NCBI GenBank assembly: GCA_035717785.1
Contig: DASTIG010000226.1
Span: 4,037-68,036 of the forward strand
Reading direction: 5' to 3'
Length of the DNA: 64,000 nt
Source of the DNA: Candidatus Limnocylindrales bacterium
GTDB lineage: Bacteria > Chloroflexota > Limnocylindria > Limnocylindrales > CSP1-4
Part shown: in pieces, positions 9,477 through 17,884 of the stretch
Position numbering within the stretch: position 1 is the first letter of the stretch
Layout: every line of letters starts with the position of its first letter
Translations under genes and position numbers: made by a program
Notes under the pieces: model-generated
The model's input: the letters and a program-made list of their open reading frames with translations, nothing else
Told to the model about the DNA's origin: nothing
The model's database searches: none

Positions 9477-10969
9477 CAGCCTCCCGCCCCGAGGTGCAGG
9501 GCCATGAGGTCGCCGCCGATCGGCGCGGCGACCTCAGCCCCACGCCCGGCCTGCTCGACGATGACGGCGATGGCGATCGTCGGCGCCTCCGCGGGGGCGA
9601 ACCCGATGAACCAGGAGTGTGGCTCGCCGCGACCGCCGAGCTCGGCCGTGCCCGACTTGCCCGCGGTCGTGACACCCGGCACCTTCGCTCCGGTGGTGAA
9701 CTGCCGGCCCAGGTCGCCCTCCACGGCCGCGACCATCGCCCGGTTGATGGAGGCGGCGTCCGCTGGGTTCAGGACGTGGGCGAGGGTCTGCGCGCCGATC
9801 TGACGGGTGCCGCCCTTGCCGGTCATGGCGGTCACGAGGCGCGGTCGCATCAGCTCGCCGCCGTTGGCGATCGACGACGCGACCAGCGCCATCTGCAGCG
9901 GCGTGACGAAGGTCTCCGCCTGACCGTATGCCGCGTTGGCCAGCTCGACATCGTCGACGAAGCCACCGGGCGCGCTGCCGGAGCCGTCGGTGACCTGCGA
10001 AGCCGCTGTAGGCAGGTCGAACGGGATCGGGCTACCGAACCCGAGCCGCGCGGCGTGGTCGACGAGCTCGGCCCCGCCCGTCCGCAAACCCGTCAGGGCG
10101 TACCAGATGTTGCAGGACACCTCGGTTGCCTCGACGAGGTCGAGCCGCCGATTCCCGGTCACCCGGTGGTGACCGTCCCTGATGCGGAAACCCTCGACCA
10201 GCAGGCCGTCTTTCTCGGCGGGGGGCTGCTCCGCATACGTCGTCTCGGGCGTGATCGCTCCCGACGCCAGCCCCGCGATCGCCGTCACGATCTTGAACAC
10301 CGATCCGGGCACGTATCGGCCGAGCGTCGCACGCGGTAGCAACGGCTGGCCGGGGTCGTTCTGGAGGGCCTCGAAAGCGGCCTGGGATGTCGCCGGGTTG
10401 CTGATCGCCGACGCGTCGTAGGTGGGCGTCGAGGCGAGCGCCAGCACCTCGCCCGTCCGCGGATCCAGCATCACGACCGCCCCTCGTCGTGCCCCGAGTG
10501 CGCGCACGGCCGCACGCTGGAGGTCCCACGACAGCGCGAGATGGAGGTCCTTGGGATCGTACGGATCGGTGCCGAACTTGCGGAGAGCATCGGCGAGCGG
10601 GTCGCCCGCGAGACCCGACAGCTCGGCGTCGTAGGCGAGCTCGAGGCCCGCGCGCCCGTAACGCCCCGACGCGTAGCCGACGACCTGGCTGATGGTCTCA
10701 CCGCTGTAGACGCGGTACAGCTCGCCGTTCGCGTCCTCCTTGTTGCGAACGAGGACGTTGCCCTCGCGATCGATGATCCTGCCGCGCGGCACGGTCCGGG
10801 AGGCGGCGATGACCGCCGGGTCATAGGGCGAGTGCGTGAGATCGGTCGACCGCACGACCGCCCAGTACCCGCCCGCGCCGGCGAGGACGGCGAACGCCAG
10901 CGTCAGGACGAGGGCGACGTGGACGATCGTCCGGCCGAGCGGGCGGCGTCGGCTCGACGTGGCAAGCAT
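9476..10969 (-). CDS. pbpA: Penicillin-binding protein 2 / PbpA-type transpeptidase
   Basis: It has an N-terminal TM anchor, the SxxK motif in GSVFKIVTA and the KTG-type motif in AGKSGTAE. It follows rodA directly. Confidence 0.9.
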   Translation of the reverse strand: MLATSSRRRPLGRTIVHVALVLTLAFAVLAGAGGYWAVVRSTDLTHSPYDPAVIAASRTVPRGRIIDREGNVLVRNKEDANGELYRVYSGETISQVVGYASGRYGRAGLELAYDAELSGLAGDPLADALRKFGTDPYDPKDLHLALSWDLQRAAVRALGARRGAVVMLDPRTGEVLALASTPTYDASAISNPATSQAAFEALQNDPGQPLLPRATLGRYVPGSVFKIVTAIAGLASGAITPETTYAEQPPAEKDGLLVEGFRIRDGHHRVTGNRRLDLVEATEVSCNIWYALTGLRTGGAELVDHAARLGFGSPIPFDLPTAASQVTDGSGSAPGGFVDDVELANAAYGQAETFVTPLQMALVASSIANGGELMRPRLVTAMTGKGGTRQIGAQTLAHVLNPADAASINRAMVAAVEGDLGRQFTTGAKVPGVTTAGKSGTAELGGRGEPHSWFIGFAPAEAPTIAIAVIVEQAGRGAEVAAPIGGDLMALHLGAGG

Positions 10970-12399
10970 CAGGCGGCCCTCCGCCGCAGTCGGTCGCGCC
11001 AGCGACGGACGCCGGTCGGGGGCGGTGGCGGCTCGACCCCCTTGTCGGACAGGGCGAGCAACAGCCCCACGACGATGGCGTTCACGAGCAGGGACGAACC
11101 GCCGTAACTGATGAACGGCAGCGTCACCCCGGTCAGCGGGAGGACCTTGAGGTTGCCGCCGGCGATGATGAATGCCTGGACGCCGACCACCAGGGCGAGG
11201 CCGACCGCGAGGATCGCCCGGAAGTCGTCCGCAGCCGCGGCGCCGATCCGCAGTCCCCGCTCGATCAGCACGAAGAACAGGCCGAGGATCGCGATCACGC
11301 CCACCAGCCCCAGCTCCTCACCGAGCGCCGCAAGCGGGAAGTCGGTGTGGACCTCGGGGATCGGCAGTCGCCCGCCGACCATCGGCAGACCCTCGCCGAG
11401 ACCGGTGCCGAGCAGCCCGCCGCGGGCGAATGCGTGGAGCGACTGCACGACCTGGTACCCGGCGCCGAGCGGGTCGGCGAACGGATCGACCCAGATATCG
11501 ATCCGCGCACGGACATGGTCGAAGAGGTTCGCCATGACGGCACTTCCGAGAAAGAACAGGATCGACCCGATGACGACGAGGCTGAGCCGTCCCGTGGCGG
11601 CATAGACGAGGGCGAGGAACACGGCGTAGAACAACAGCGCGGCGCCCAGGTCGCGCTGCACGACGACGATGCCGAGGGCGATCGCCCACATCGCGACCAT
11701 CGGGGTGAGGTAGGGCAATGGCGGCAGACGAAGCGGCCCGAGGCGCGTGTCCTGCTCGATCAGCAGCGGCCGGTTCTCGGAGAGGTAACCAGCCAGGAAC
11801 ACGACGAGGATGACCTTGAGGAGCTCCGAGGGCTGGCCGCTGAACGGCCCGAGCCGGAGTGTCAGGCGCTGCCCGGCGACATCGGACCCGAAGACGAACG
11901 TCAGCAGCAGCAGCGCGATGCCGGCCGCGGCCCACGTGTACTTGTAGCGGCGCAGCCCGCTGTCGGAGCGCACGACGATGCCGAGCGTCGTCGCGACGCC
12001 GATGGCGAGCACGAGCCACAGCAGCTGCGTATCGCCGAGCCCGAGCGCCAACCCACCGACCTCCATCGTGACGAGGTCCTGTGGCAGGCGCTGCATGAGA
12101 AGCAGAGAGATGCCGCCGAGCAGGCCCACGACCGGCAGCAGCACCTCGTCCGACCGCCGGCCCGCCAGGACCTGCGCGAGGTGCGCTAGCCCCAGCGCGA
12201 CCAGATAGATCGTGAGCCCCTGCGGCGCGTACAGGGCGAGCCGGCCGGTCATGCCCGCGCTCAGGGAGATGCTGCCGACGACGAGGGCCACGGCCGCGAT
12301 CGCGAGGAGGCGTGTCTCGGTCCACCTGGCGCGCGGATGGATCGCGCCGAGGATGGTCGGCAGCTCGAGGCGGGCCGCGGGCCGGCTTGCGCCGGTCAC
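10969..12399 (-). CDS. rodA: FtsW/RodA/SpoVE (SEDS) family peptidoglycan polymerase
   Basis: This is a polytopic membrane protein with conserved SEDS C-terminal motifs (PLTGVTLPFISYGGSSLL). It shows 4-nt overlap coupling with fhaB. Confidence 0.9.
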   Translation of the reverse strand: MTGASRPAARLELPTILGAIHPRARWTETRLLAIAAVALVVGSISLSAGMTGRLALYAPQGLTIYLVALGLAHLAQVLAGRRSDEVLLPVVGLLGGISLLLMQRLPQDLVTMEVGGLALGLGDTQLLWLVLAIGVATTLGIVVRSDSGLRRYKYTWAAAGIALLLLTFVFGSDVAGQRLTLRLGPFSGQPSELLKVILVVFLAGYLSENRPLLIEQDTRLGPLRLPPLPYLTPMVAMWAIALGIVVVQRDLGAALLFYAVFLALVYAATGRLSLVVIGSILFFLGSAVMANLFDHVRARIDIWVDPFADPLGAGYQVVQSLHAFARGGLLGTGLGEGLPMVGGRLPIPEVHTDFPLAALGEELGLVGVIAILGLFFVLIERGLRIGAAAADDFRAILAVGLALVVGVQAFIIAGGNLKVLPLTGVTLPFISYGGSSLLVNAIVVGLLLALSDKGVEPPPPPTGVRRWRDRLRRRAA

Positions 12400-12836
12400 G
12401 ACGGGCGCGCCCGCTCGAGCCGCATGCGCACCTGACCGATCGAGACCTCGTCACCGAAGCCGAGCGGCGCCACCGACGCGACGGCGCGCCCATTCACGAA
12501 GGTCCCGTTCGTGCTGCCGAGGTCTTCCACGTACCAGCTGCGGCCACGGTACGTCAGCACCGCGTGCTCACCAGACGCGAATGGGTCCTCGACGACGATC
12601 GCGTTGTTGACGTCGCGACCCAGTGTCGTGATCGCGTCGAGGTCGAACGAGCGGCCGGCCTCCGGGTCGCCGCCCGGCGATTCGAGCACGACCAACCGCC
12701 CGAGCGACGCACCCGGCTCACGGGCAGCCGCGCGAAGGTCGCGCAGCAACGAGCGCACGACTCGTGCCAGGAAGAGGTACAGCAGCGCGAGGAACGCGAG
12801 CCGGACGACCCAGACGATGAGGAGCAGGCCGTCCAT
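12396..12836 (-). CDS. fhaB: FHA-domain membrane protein (FhaB/FipA-like)
   Basis: It has an N-terminal TM helix and then an FHA core: TLGRD...VVEDPFASGEHAVL...WYVEDLGSTNGTFVNG. Confidence 0.85.
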   Translation of the reverse strand: MDGLLLIVWVVRLAFLALLYLFLARVVRSLLRDLRAAAREPGASLGRLVVLESPGGDPEAGRSFDLDAITTLGRDVNNAIVVEDPFASGEHAVLTYRGRSWYVEDLGSTNGTFVNGRAVASVAPLGFGDEVSIGQVRMRLERARPS

Positions 12837-13675
12837 CAGGGGATGTCCCCGGCGACCTCGACGACGATCACTGTGTCCCCGACTTCGATCCGGTCGCCCG
12901 CCCCGAGCACGAGCTCGCCGACCTGCACGCCGTTCACGCGCGATCCGTTGGTGCTGCCCAGGTCGGCGTACACGAGGGTGCCACGACGGCCGGCGATCCG
13001 TGCGTGATGGCGCGAGACGCGCCCGTCGGGGAGCACCAGATCGTTGTCCGCGGCCCGGCCGATCGTCAGCCCCGTCCCGTCGAAGACGTGGAGGTGCTCC
13101 TCGCCGTCGCGGTCGATGATCCGCAGGCGTGCGGCCGGGGCGCTCGGACGAGGCACGGTGAACACCATCGTGTCGCCGTGGACCGCGACGTTGCCGGCGG
13201 CCGCAGGCTGGAGGCTGGCCATCTCTGCACGGGCACCCGCGGGCGTCGACCGGTCGTCCAGCTCATCGTCGGCAACGGGGCTCGCCGACCGCTGCTGACC
13301 CGCGATCGGATCGGCGAAGCGGGCGATCACGCGGATGTCGGCACGCTCGACGGCGCCATCGGCGAACAGCGTCACGCGCGGCCGGTCGACGAGCGTGTAG
13401 TGCCTGGTCCGAGCGAAGACCAATGCCCCGTCGGCCAGCTCTGACGCCAGCGACGCGGTCATGTCCCCGAAGCCCTCGAGATCGACCGGGTTGAGGTGGA
13501 CGACGAACCGGTTCGGGACGAGCGTGCGGTCGGCCGTGGCCAGGCGCTCCGATTCCATCGCGCGCTCGATGCGGCGCTGGAGTTGGACGGGCTGCAATCG
13601 TGCGCGAAAGAGACGTGCCGATGGACGCTCGAAGAGGCGCTCGAAGAACCGCTCGATGGCGGCGAACGGCGGCAT
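12836..13675 (-). CDS. fhaA: FhaA-like protein (DUF3662 N-domain plus C-terminal FHA)
   Basis: The ATG at 13675 gives MPPFAAIERFFERLFERPSARLF, a typical FhaA N-terminus. The C-terminal FHA core reads TIGRAADNDLVLPDGRVSRHHARI...YADLGSTNGSRVNG. Confidence 0.85.
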   Translation of the reverse strand: MPPFAAIERFFERLFERPSARLFRARLQPVQLQRRIERAMESERLATADRTLVPNRFVVHLNPVDLEGFGDMTASLASELADGALVFARTRHYTLVDRPRVTLFADGAVERADIRVIARFADPIAGQQRSASPVADDELDDRSTPAGARAEMASLQPAAAGNVAVHGDTMVFTVPRPSAPAARLRIIDRDGEEHLHVFDGTGLTIGRAADNDLVLPDGRVSRHHARIAGRRGTLVYADLGSTNGSRVNGVQVGELVLGAGDRIEVGDTVIVVEVAGDIP

Positions 13676-13849
13676 GGTCGGTCGCAGACTAGCAGAGGGT
13701 CCCGGCGGACCCCCATCGTCACTGGACCGGACCATCCGCGCGCTCGACGGAGTACCCCCGGCCGAGGGGCGGCGAGGGCCCTGCGCTATACTCTCGCCCC
13801 TGTTCGACGCCTGCCGTCCGAACTCGTCCACGCACATCCCGGGGACTCG

Positions 13850-15580
13850 ATGCCGGAGATCCTGACCGAATCATTCTGCGAACGCTGCGGCACGCGGTAT
13901 ACGTTCGAATCCGCGAACCCGCGAGGGCCCCGGCTCAAGGGCCTCAAGGTGATGTCGCGCGGTCTCAAGAACTTCGTCCTGTCGGACGACACCTCGATGG
14001 ACGAGGCCATGGCGGCCGCGCGAAACGAGACCGATCGCCAGCAGACCGCGCAGCAGCTCGACGCGTTCCATAAGACGTTCAACTTCTGCATGAGCTGCCG
14101 CCAGTACACGTGCGGCAACTGCTGGAACGAGGCGGATGGACGCTGCCTGTCCTGTGCCCCGCACCTCGGCCACGAGATCCTGCCCGCGCCCTTCTCCAAC
14201 ATCGGGGCGGGGGGCGCGATCGCCCTCACAGATAACGAGGCGATCGGCCTGAACGACCGCAACGGGCATGACCAACCGGCTGAGGCCCCGGCGCCTGCGG
14301 AGCCGATGGCCTGGCCAGAGCCGGAGCCGATGGCATGGCCGACGTCGGATCTCATGCCCGAGCAGGAGCTGGCTGGCGACGGCCCAAGCTCGTTCCTTGA
14401 AGCCATCGATGCTGCGGCCCGCCGGCAGGCGGACTCCGGACCGGTCGAGGCGGCGCCGATCGACGACGTCGCGGCCGAGGCGCTGGACGAGGCGCTGGAC
14501 GAGGCACCGGTCGCCGCAGAAGCCGACGTCGAGCTGCCAACGACCGCTCCAGCCACGGACGCGGTCTCTACCGACCACGCCGCGGTGGCCGCGGCCAACA
14601 CGACCGATCTGCTCGGTCGTTTCCGGCCTGGCGAGGACATCGACGAGCAGCTGGCCGCGTACGAGCGGGCGCAGGCGGCAGCTGCCGGTGCGGCGATGGC
14701 CGCGGCGGCCGAGGCGGCCGTTGCCCAGGCCGAGGCCGAGGAGGCCGCCGCCGCGAGGGCGAGGGCCGACGAGGTTGCGGCCGCCCAGGCGCAGGCCCAG
14801 CAGGCGGCCGAAGCCGCCGCCGAACAGGCACGGGCCGAGCAGGCCGCAGCTGCCGCGGCTGCGCAGGTCCGGGCGCAGGAAGCCGCCGCTGCCGCGGCCA
14901 CGCGAGCACGGGCCGAAGAAGCGGCAGCCGCCCAGGCACGGGCCGAGGAAGAAGCGGCCGCTCAGATGAGGGCGCAGGAAGTGGCCGAGGCCGCGGCTGC
15001 TCAGGCAAAGGCCCAGGAAGCCGCCGCTGCCGCGGCGTTCGAGGCCAGGACACGGGAAGCGGCCGATGCAGCGGCCGCCCAGGCGCAGGCCCAGCAGGCG
15101 GCCGAGGCCGCGGCTGCACAAGCCAGGGCCGACGACGAAGCAGCGGCGGCCGCCGCCGCTGCAGCCGCTCTCGCAGCCGCCGCCGCTGCAGAGGGCGAGG
15201 CGCGCGACGACCTCGTGTTCCAGCCGACGTGGCAGATCGTCGCCCCCGAAGCGCCGACCCCGGATCAGGTCCCCGCATCGACCCCGCAGGCGCCGAGCGC
15301 GCCGCCCGACACGATCGCGGCCACCGCCGAGCCACAGTGGCCCGCGCAGCCGGAGTGGCCGCGCCCACCGTCAGCCGACGGTCTTCCGTTCCTCGGGCGT
15401 CCCGCCGCCGCGAGCGGCGGCATGGAAGCGCTCTGGGCCGAATCGGCACGCGAGGTCGCCACCGTCGGACCCGCGTCGAGCCCGAAGGTCATGGGCGGCG
15501 TGCAACCATGCGTCAGCTGCGGGTTGTCACTCTCCGCCAATGCCAGGTTCTGCCGGCGCTGCGGGACCCAGCAAGGCTGA
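13850..15580 (+). CDS. Multi-zinc-ribbon protein with a long Ala/Glu/Gln/Arg-rich central region
   Basis: The start is ATG 13850 (MPEILTESFCERCG). The N-terminus has CxxC pairs CERC, CMSC, CGNC and CLSC. The C-terminus has CVSC...CRRC. The centre is about 180 aa of AAAQARAEE-like repeats. High G/C third-position content is kept throughout. Confidence 0.75.
   Translation: MPEILTESFCERCGTRYTFESANPRGPRLKGLKVMSRGLKNFVLSDDTSMDEAMAAARNETDRQQTAQQLDAFHKTFNFCMSCRQYTCGNCWNEADGRCLSCAPHLGHEILPAPFSNIGAGGAIALTDNEAIGLNDRNGHDQPAEAPAPAEPMAWPEPEPMAWPTSDLMPEQELAGDGPSSFLEAIDAAARRQADSGPVEAAPIDDVAAEALDEALDEAPVAAEADVELPTTAPATDAVSTDHAAVAAANTTDLLGRFRPGEDIDEQLAAYERAQAAAAGAAMAAAAEAAVAQAEAEEAAAARARADEVAAAQAQAQQAAEAAAEQARAEQAAAAAAAQVRAQEAAAAAATRARAEEAAAAQARAEEEAAAQMRAQEVAEAAAAQAKAQEAAAAAAFEARTREAADAAAAQAQAQQAAEAAAAQARADDEAAAAAAAAAALAAAAAAEGEARDDLVFQPTWQIVAPEAPTPDQVPASTPQAPSAPPDTIAATAEPQWPAQPEWPRPPSADGLPFLGRPAAASGGMEALWAESAREVATVGPASSPKVMGGVQPCVSCGLSLSANARFCRRCGTQQG
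14640..15190 (+). repeat. In-frame low-complexity and imperfect direct repeats encoding the Ala/Glu/Gln/Arg-rich segment
   Basis: Near-identical segments of about 37 nt (gcccaggcgcaggcccagcaggcggccga[a/g]gccgc) occur near 14776 and 15076. Related GCC/GAG/CAG-rich units lie between them. Confidence 0.7.
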
Positions 15581-16450
15581 CTCGTTCTCGGCAGACTCTT
15601 CCGCCGCCGTCCCCGCGTCGTCCCGGACCCGCACCCAGGCCGCTCCGAGGAGCAGGATCTGGAACGAGAACGACAGCCACGCGAGCGCGATGAACGCCGT
15701 GGCAAGCGGACCCGCCAGCGCCGCGACCCCGACGATCCGCGGGGCGACGAACAGGAAGACCTGGCCCAGCAGGTAGATCCCGAGCCCTGCCACGATCGCA
15801 GGGACCACGGCCGATCGCAGTGACGGCGACCGCGGCGGGACGATCCTGTAGATGACAAGGACCACGCCGACGGTCACCAGGATCACGACCGGCGGCGACG
15901 TGACGACCCGACCGATCACGGTGAGCGCCGTGGTCGTCGTCGGGAGCAGTGCCTCCGCTGCGGCGGCCAGCGACCCGCCGACGATCAGCGCGACGACGAC
16001 CCCGACGAGCCCGGCGACCCACACGAAACCGCGGGCCGTCCGGCGCAGCACGTCCCGCTCCGGTCGATCGGTGAAGATCCGCGCGAAGGCCACGTCGATG
16101 GTCACGTAGAACTGGCTGACCGTCCAGATCAGCCCGGCCACGCCGATGATCGATGTGAGCGCGGCTCCCTGGGCCATGGCGACAAGAGCCTGGTCGATCA
16201 GCTCGGCCAGGGGCGGCACGACGGCACCGAGCGCTTGGGCGAGCTGCTCCTGGACGGCCGGGTTGTCGACGATAAGGCCCGCCACGCCGAGCGTGACCAG
16301 CGCGATAGGAACGACCGCGAAGAGCGCCGAGAACGCGAGACCGTTCGCCAGGAGGCCTCCGGGTGCTCGTCCATAGACGTCGAGGACCCGCCGAACCTCC
16401 GCCACCCGCGGCTCGTCGAGGACCTTCTCCAGGATCTTGACCGGATCCAT
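15527..16450 (-). CDS. YihY/BrkB (virulence factor BrkB) family membrane protein
   Basis: It has the N-terminal ANGLAFSALFAVVPIALV signature and six hydrophobic segments. Its 3' end overlaps the convergent zinc-ribbon gene by 54 nt. Confidence 0.8.
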   Translation of the reverse strand: MDPVKILEKVLDEPRVAEVRRVLDVYGRAPGGLLANGLAFSALFAVVPIALVTLGVAGLIVDNPAVQEQLAQALGAVVPPLAELIDQALVAMAQGAALTSIIGVAGLIWTVSQFYVTIDVAFARIFTDRPERDVLRRTARGFVWVAGLVGVVVALIVGGSLAAAAEALLPTTTTALTVIGRVVTSPPVVILVTVGVVLVIYRIVPPRSPSLRSAVVPAIVAGLGIYLLGQVFLFVAPRIVGVAALAGPLATAFIALAWLSFSFQILLLGAAWVRVRDDAGTAAEESAENESALLGPAAPAEPGIGGE

Positions 16451-16461
16451 CGATCGCGCGC

Positions 16462-16701
16462 TCAGTCGCGCCAGTCCTTAAAGAGCGCCGGCTGGACCGT
16501 GTCTGCCGGGACCCGCCGCGGCGCGGCGATCAGCTTCCGGATCTCGCCACGGCGCACGAACCTGCGACCACCGAGCTTGATGCTCTGTAGCTTGCCGTCC
16601 CGTGCCCAGCCACCGATCGTCGATGTCGTGAAGTGGACGTTGGCGGCGGCCAAGATCGCCTTGGCCTCGTTGAGCGTGATCCAGTCCGCGCCCGACGGCA
16701 T
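16462..16701 (-). CDS. Excisionase/MerR-type helix-turn-helix DNA-binding protein (79 aa)
   Basis: MPSGADWITLNEAKAILAAANVHFTTSTIGGWARDGKLQSIKLGGRRFVRRGEI matches the HTH_17 pattern. Its start lies 4 nt after the FmdB stop. The 229-aa track ORF is an R-rich artefact. Confidence 0.75.
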   Translation of the reverse strand: MPSGADWITLNEAKAILAAANVHFTTSTIGGWARDGKLQSIKLGGRRFVRRGEIRKLIAAPRRVPADTVQPALFKDWRD

Positions 16702-16705
16702 CGGA

Positions 16706-17041
16706 TCAGTCGGTTGTCTTCGTCGAAGACGGGGTCGTCTTCGACGCGGTCGAAGGCGAGGTCGACTCGCCGTCACCCTTGGCCGGGGCGCCTGCGTCGC
16801 CGGTCGAGCTCGAGCCGCTCTCCGCCCCGTCCGAGGACGACTCCTTGGTCGAGGTCGGAGTCGTGCGGCGCTCCTTCTTGGCCCAGCCCGAGCCCTTGAA
16901 ATGGAACGCGGGAGCGCTGATCGTCTTGCGGACGGGGCCCGACCCGCACAGCGGGCACGCCGCCGGCGGGTCGTCGTGCACGCCGTGGATCGCCTCGAAT
17001 CGTCGCCCGCACGCGGAACAGTCGTAGTCGTAGAGAGGCAT
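16706..17041 (-). CDS. FmdB-family zinc-ribbon protein with a disordered S/T-rich tail (resembles mycobacterial Rv0991c/Ruc)
   Basis: MPLYDYDCSACGRRFE...CPLCGSG is the CxxC_CxxC_SSSS signature. A low-complexity Ser/Thr/Gly tail follows. Confidence 0.85.
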   Translation of the reverse strand: MPLYDYDCSACGRRFEAIHGVHDDPPAACPLCGSGPVRKTISAPAFHFKGSGWAKKERRTTPTSTKESSSDGAESGSSSTGDAGAPAKGDGESTSPSTASKTTPSSTKTTD

Positions 17042-17056
17042 CTCCGGGCGGGACGG

Positions 17057-17815
17057 TCAGCCGCGTAGCAGGCGCATGCCGCACTTCGGGCAGTAGAAGG
17101 CCCGCTCGTGGGCCGACGCGAACCCGCAGTGGGCGCAGACGAGGCCGCCACGGCCGGCCGCCGGCACAGGTCGTTCGATCGCGGTCAGCCCGACCGCATG
17201 CTGGTTGGCGAGGATGTTCGTCAGGATCCCGGCGAGCAGCTTGTTGCCGATGCGGTCCGTATCGCCGCGGACGCCGCGGCCACCCCAGCCGACGACGGCT
17301 CGGCAGATCATGTCGCCGGTCGCCTCGTCCCAGTGAGCGGCAACACCGCCGACGACCGCGTTGTACTCCGGGTAGCCGCTCGTGTCGATCTCGCCGTCGA
17401 GCAAGGAGCACACGAAGGTATCGAAAGCCAGGTCGACCGCGTCGATCGACTCCAGCACGACGAGGGCGTGGCGCGTGATCGGCGAGTGGATGTGATGCGC
17501 GTTGAGCCACTGCATCGCCTCGGACGGGCGGGCGATCGTCGGGGTGGCCTGGCTGAACTCGATGGGCAGCGGCTCGACGACCTCGATCTCCGCCTTGGCC
17601 AGCCCGACCAGCATCGACGGCAGCTCGGCCATCGCCTGCGGTCCGGCCTTCATCCGCACGCCTTCGCTGGTCTTCCCGGCGTAGTACAGCTTCAGCTGGA
17701 AATCCTGGGCGACGACTTCCTCGGGCATGACGAGGGAGCCCGCCGGCCCCCGCGTCGCGGGTTGCGGCGCGCCTGGCTCCGGAACGTTCTTGCGCTTGAG
17801 GAAATCGAGCGGCAC
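17057..17815 (-). CDS. Hypothetical protein with a C-terminal zinc ribbon
   Basis: This 252-aa ORF starts at a GTG preceded by GGAGG 7 nt upstream. The C-terminus carries CAHCG...CPKCG. I recognise no family for the remaining ~210 aa. Confidence 0.65.
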   Translation of the reverse strand: MPLDFLKRKNVPEPGAPQPATRGPAGSLVMPEEVVAQDFQLKLYYAGKTSEGVRMKAGPQAMAELPSMLVGLAKAEIEVVEPLPIEFSQATPTIARPSEAMQWLNAHHIHSPITRHALVVLESIDAVDLAFDTFVCSLLDGEIDTSGYPEYNAVVGGVAAHWDEATGDMICRAVVGWGGRGVRGDTDRIGNKLLAGILTNILANQHAVGLTAIERPVPAAGRGGLVCAHCGFASAHERAFYCPKCGMRLLRG

Positions 17816-17884
17816 GGGTGACCTCCCCGGGGATCGCCGTCGAGCGGCGTCGTCGGGTAATCGTAGCAGCGCGACGGGGCCGCC

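Noticed and set aside
14640-15190. Repetitive DNA that might be mistaken for a CRISPR array or a VNTR
   Set aside because: The repeats are imperfect, lack a regular repeat-spacer structure, and lie in frame inside a CDS, where they encode Ala/Glu/Gln-rich sequence. The antisense Ala/Ser-rich ORFs (13786-14901 and 13871-15121) are mirror artefacts.
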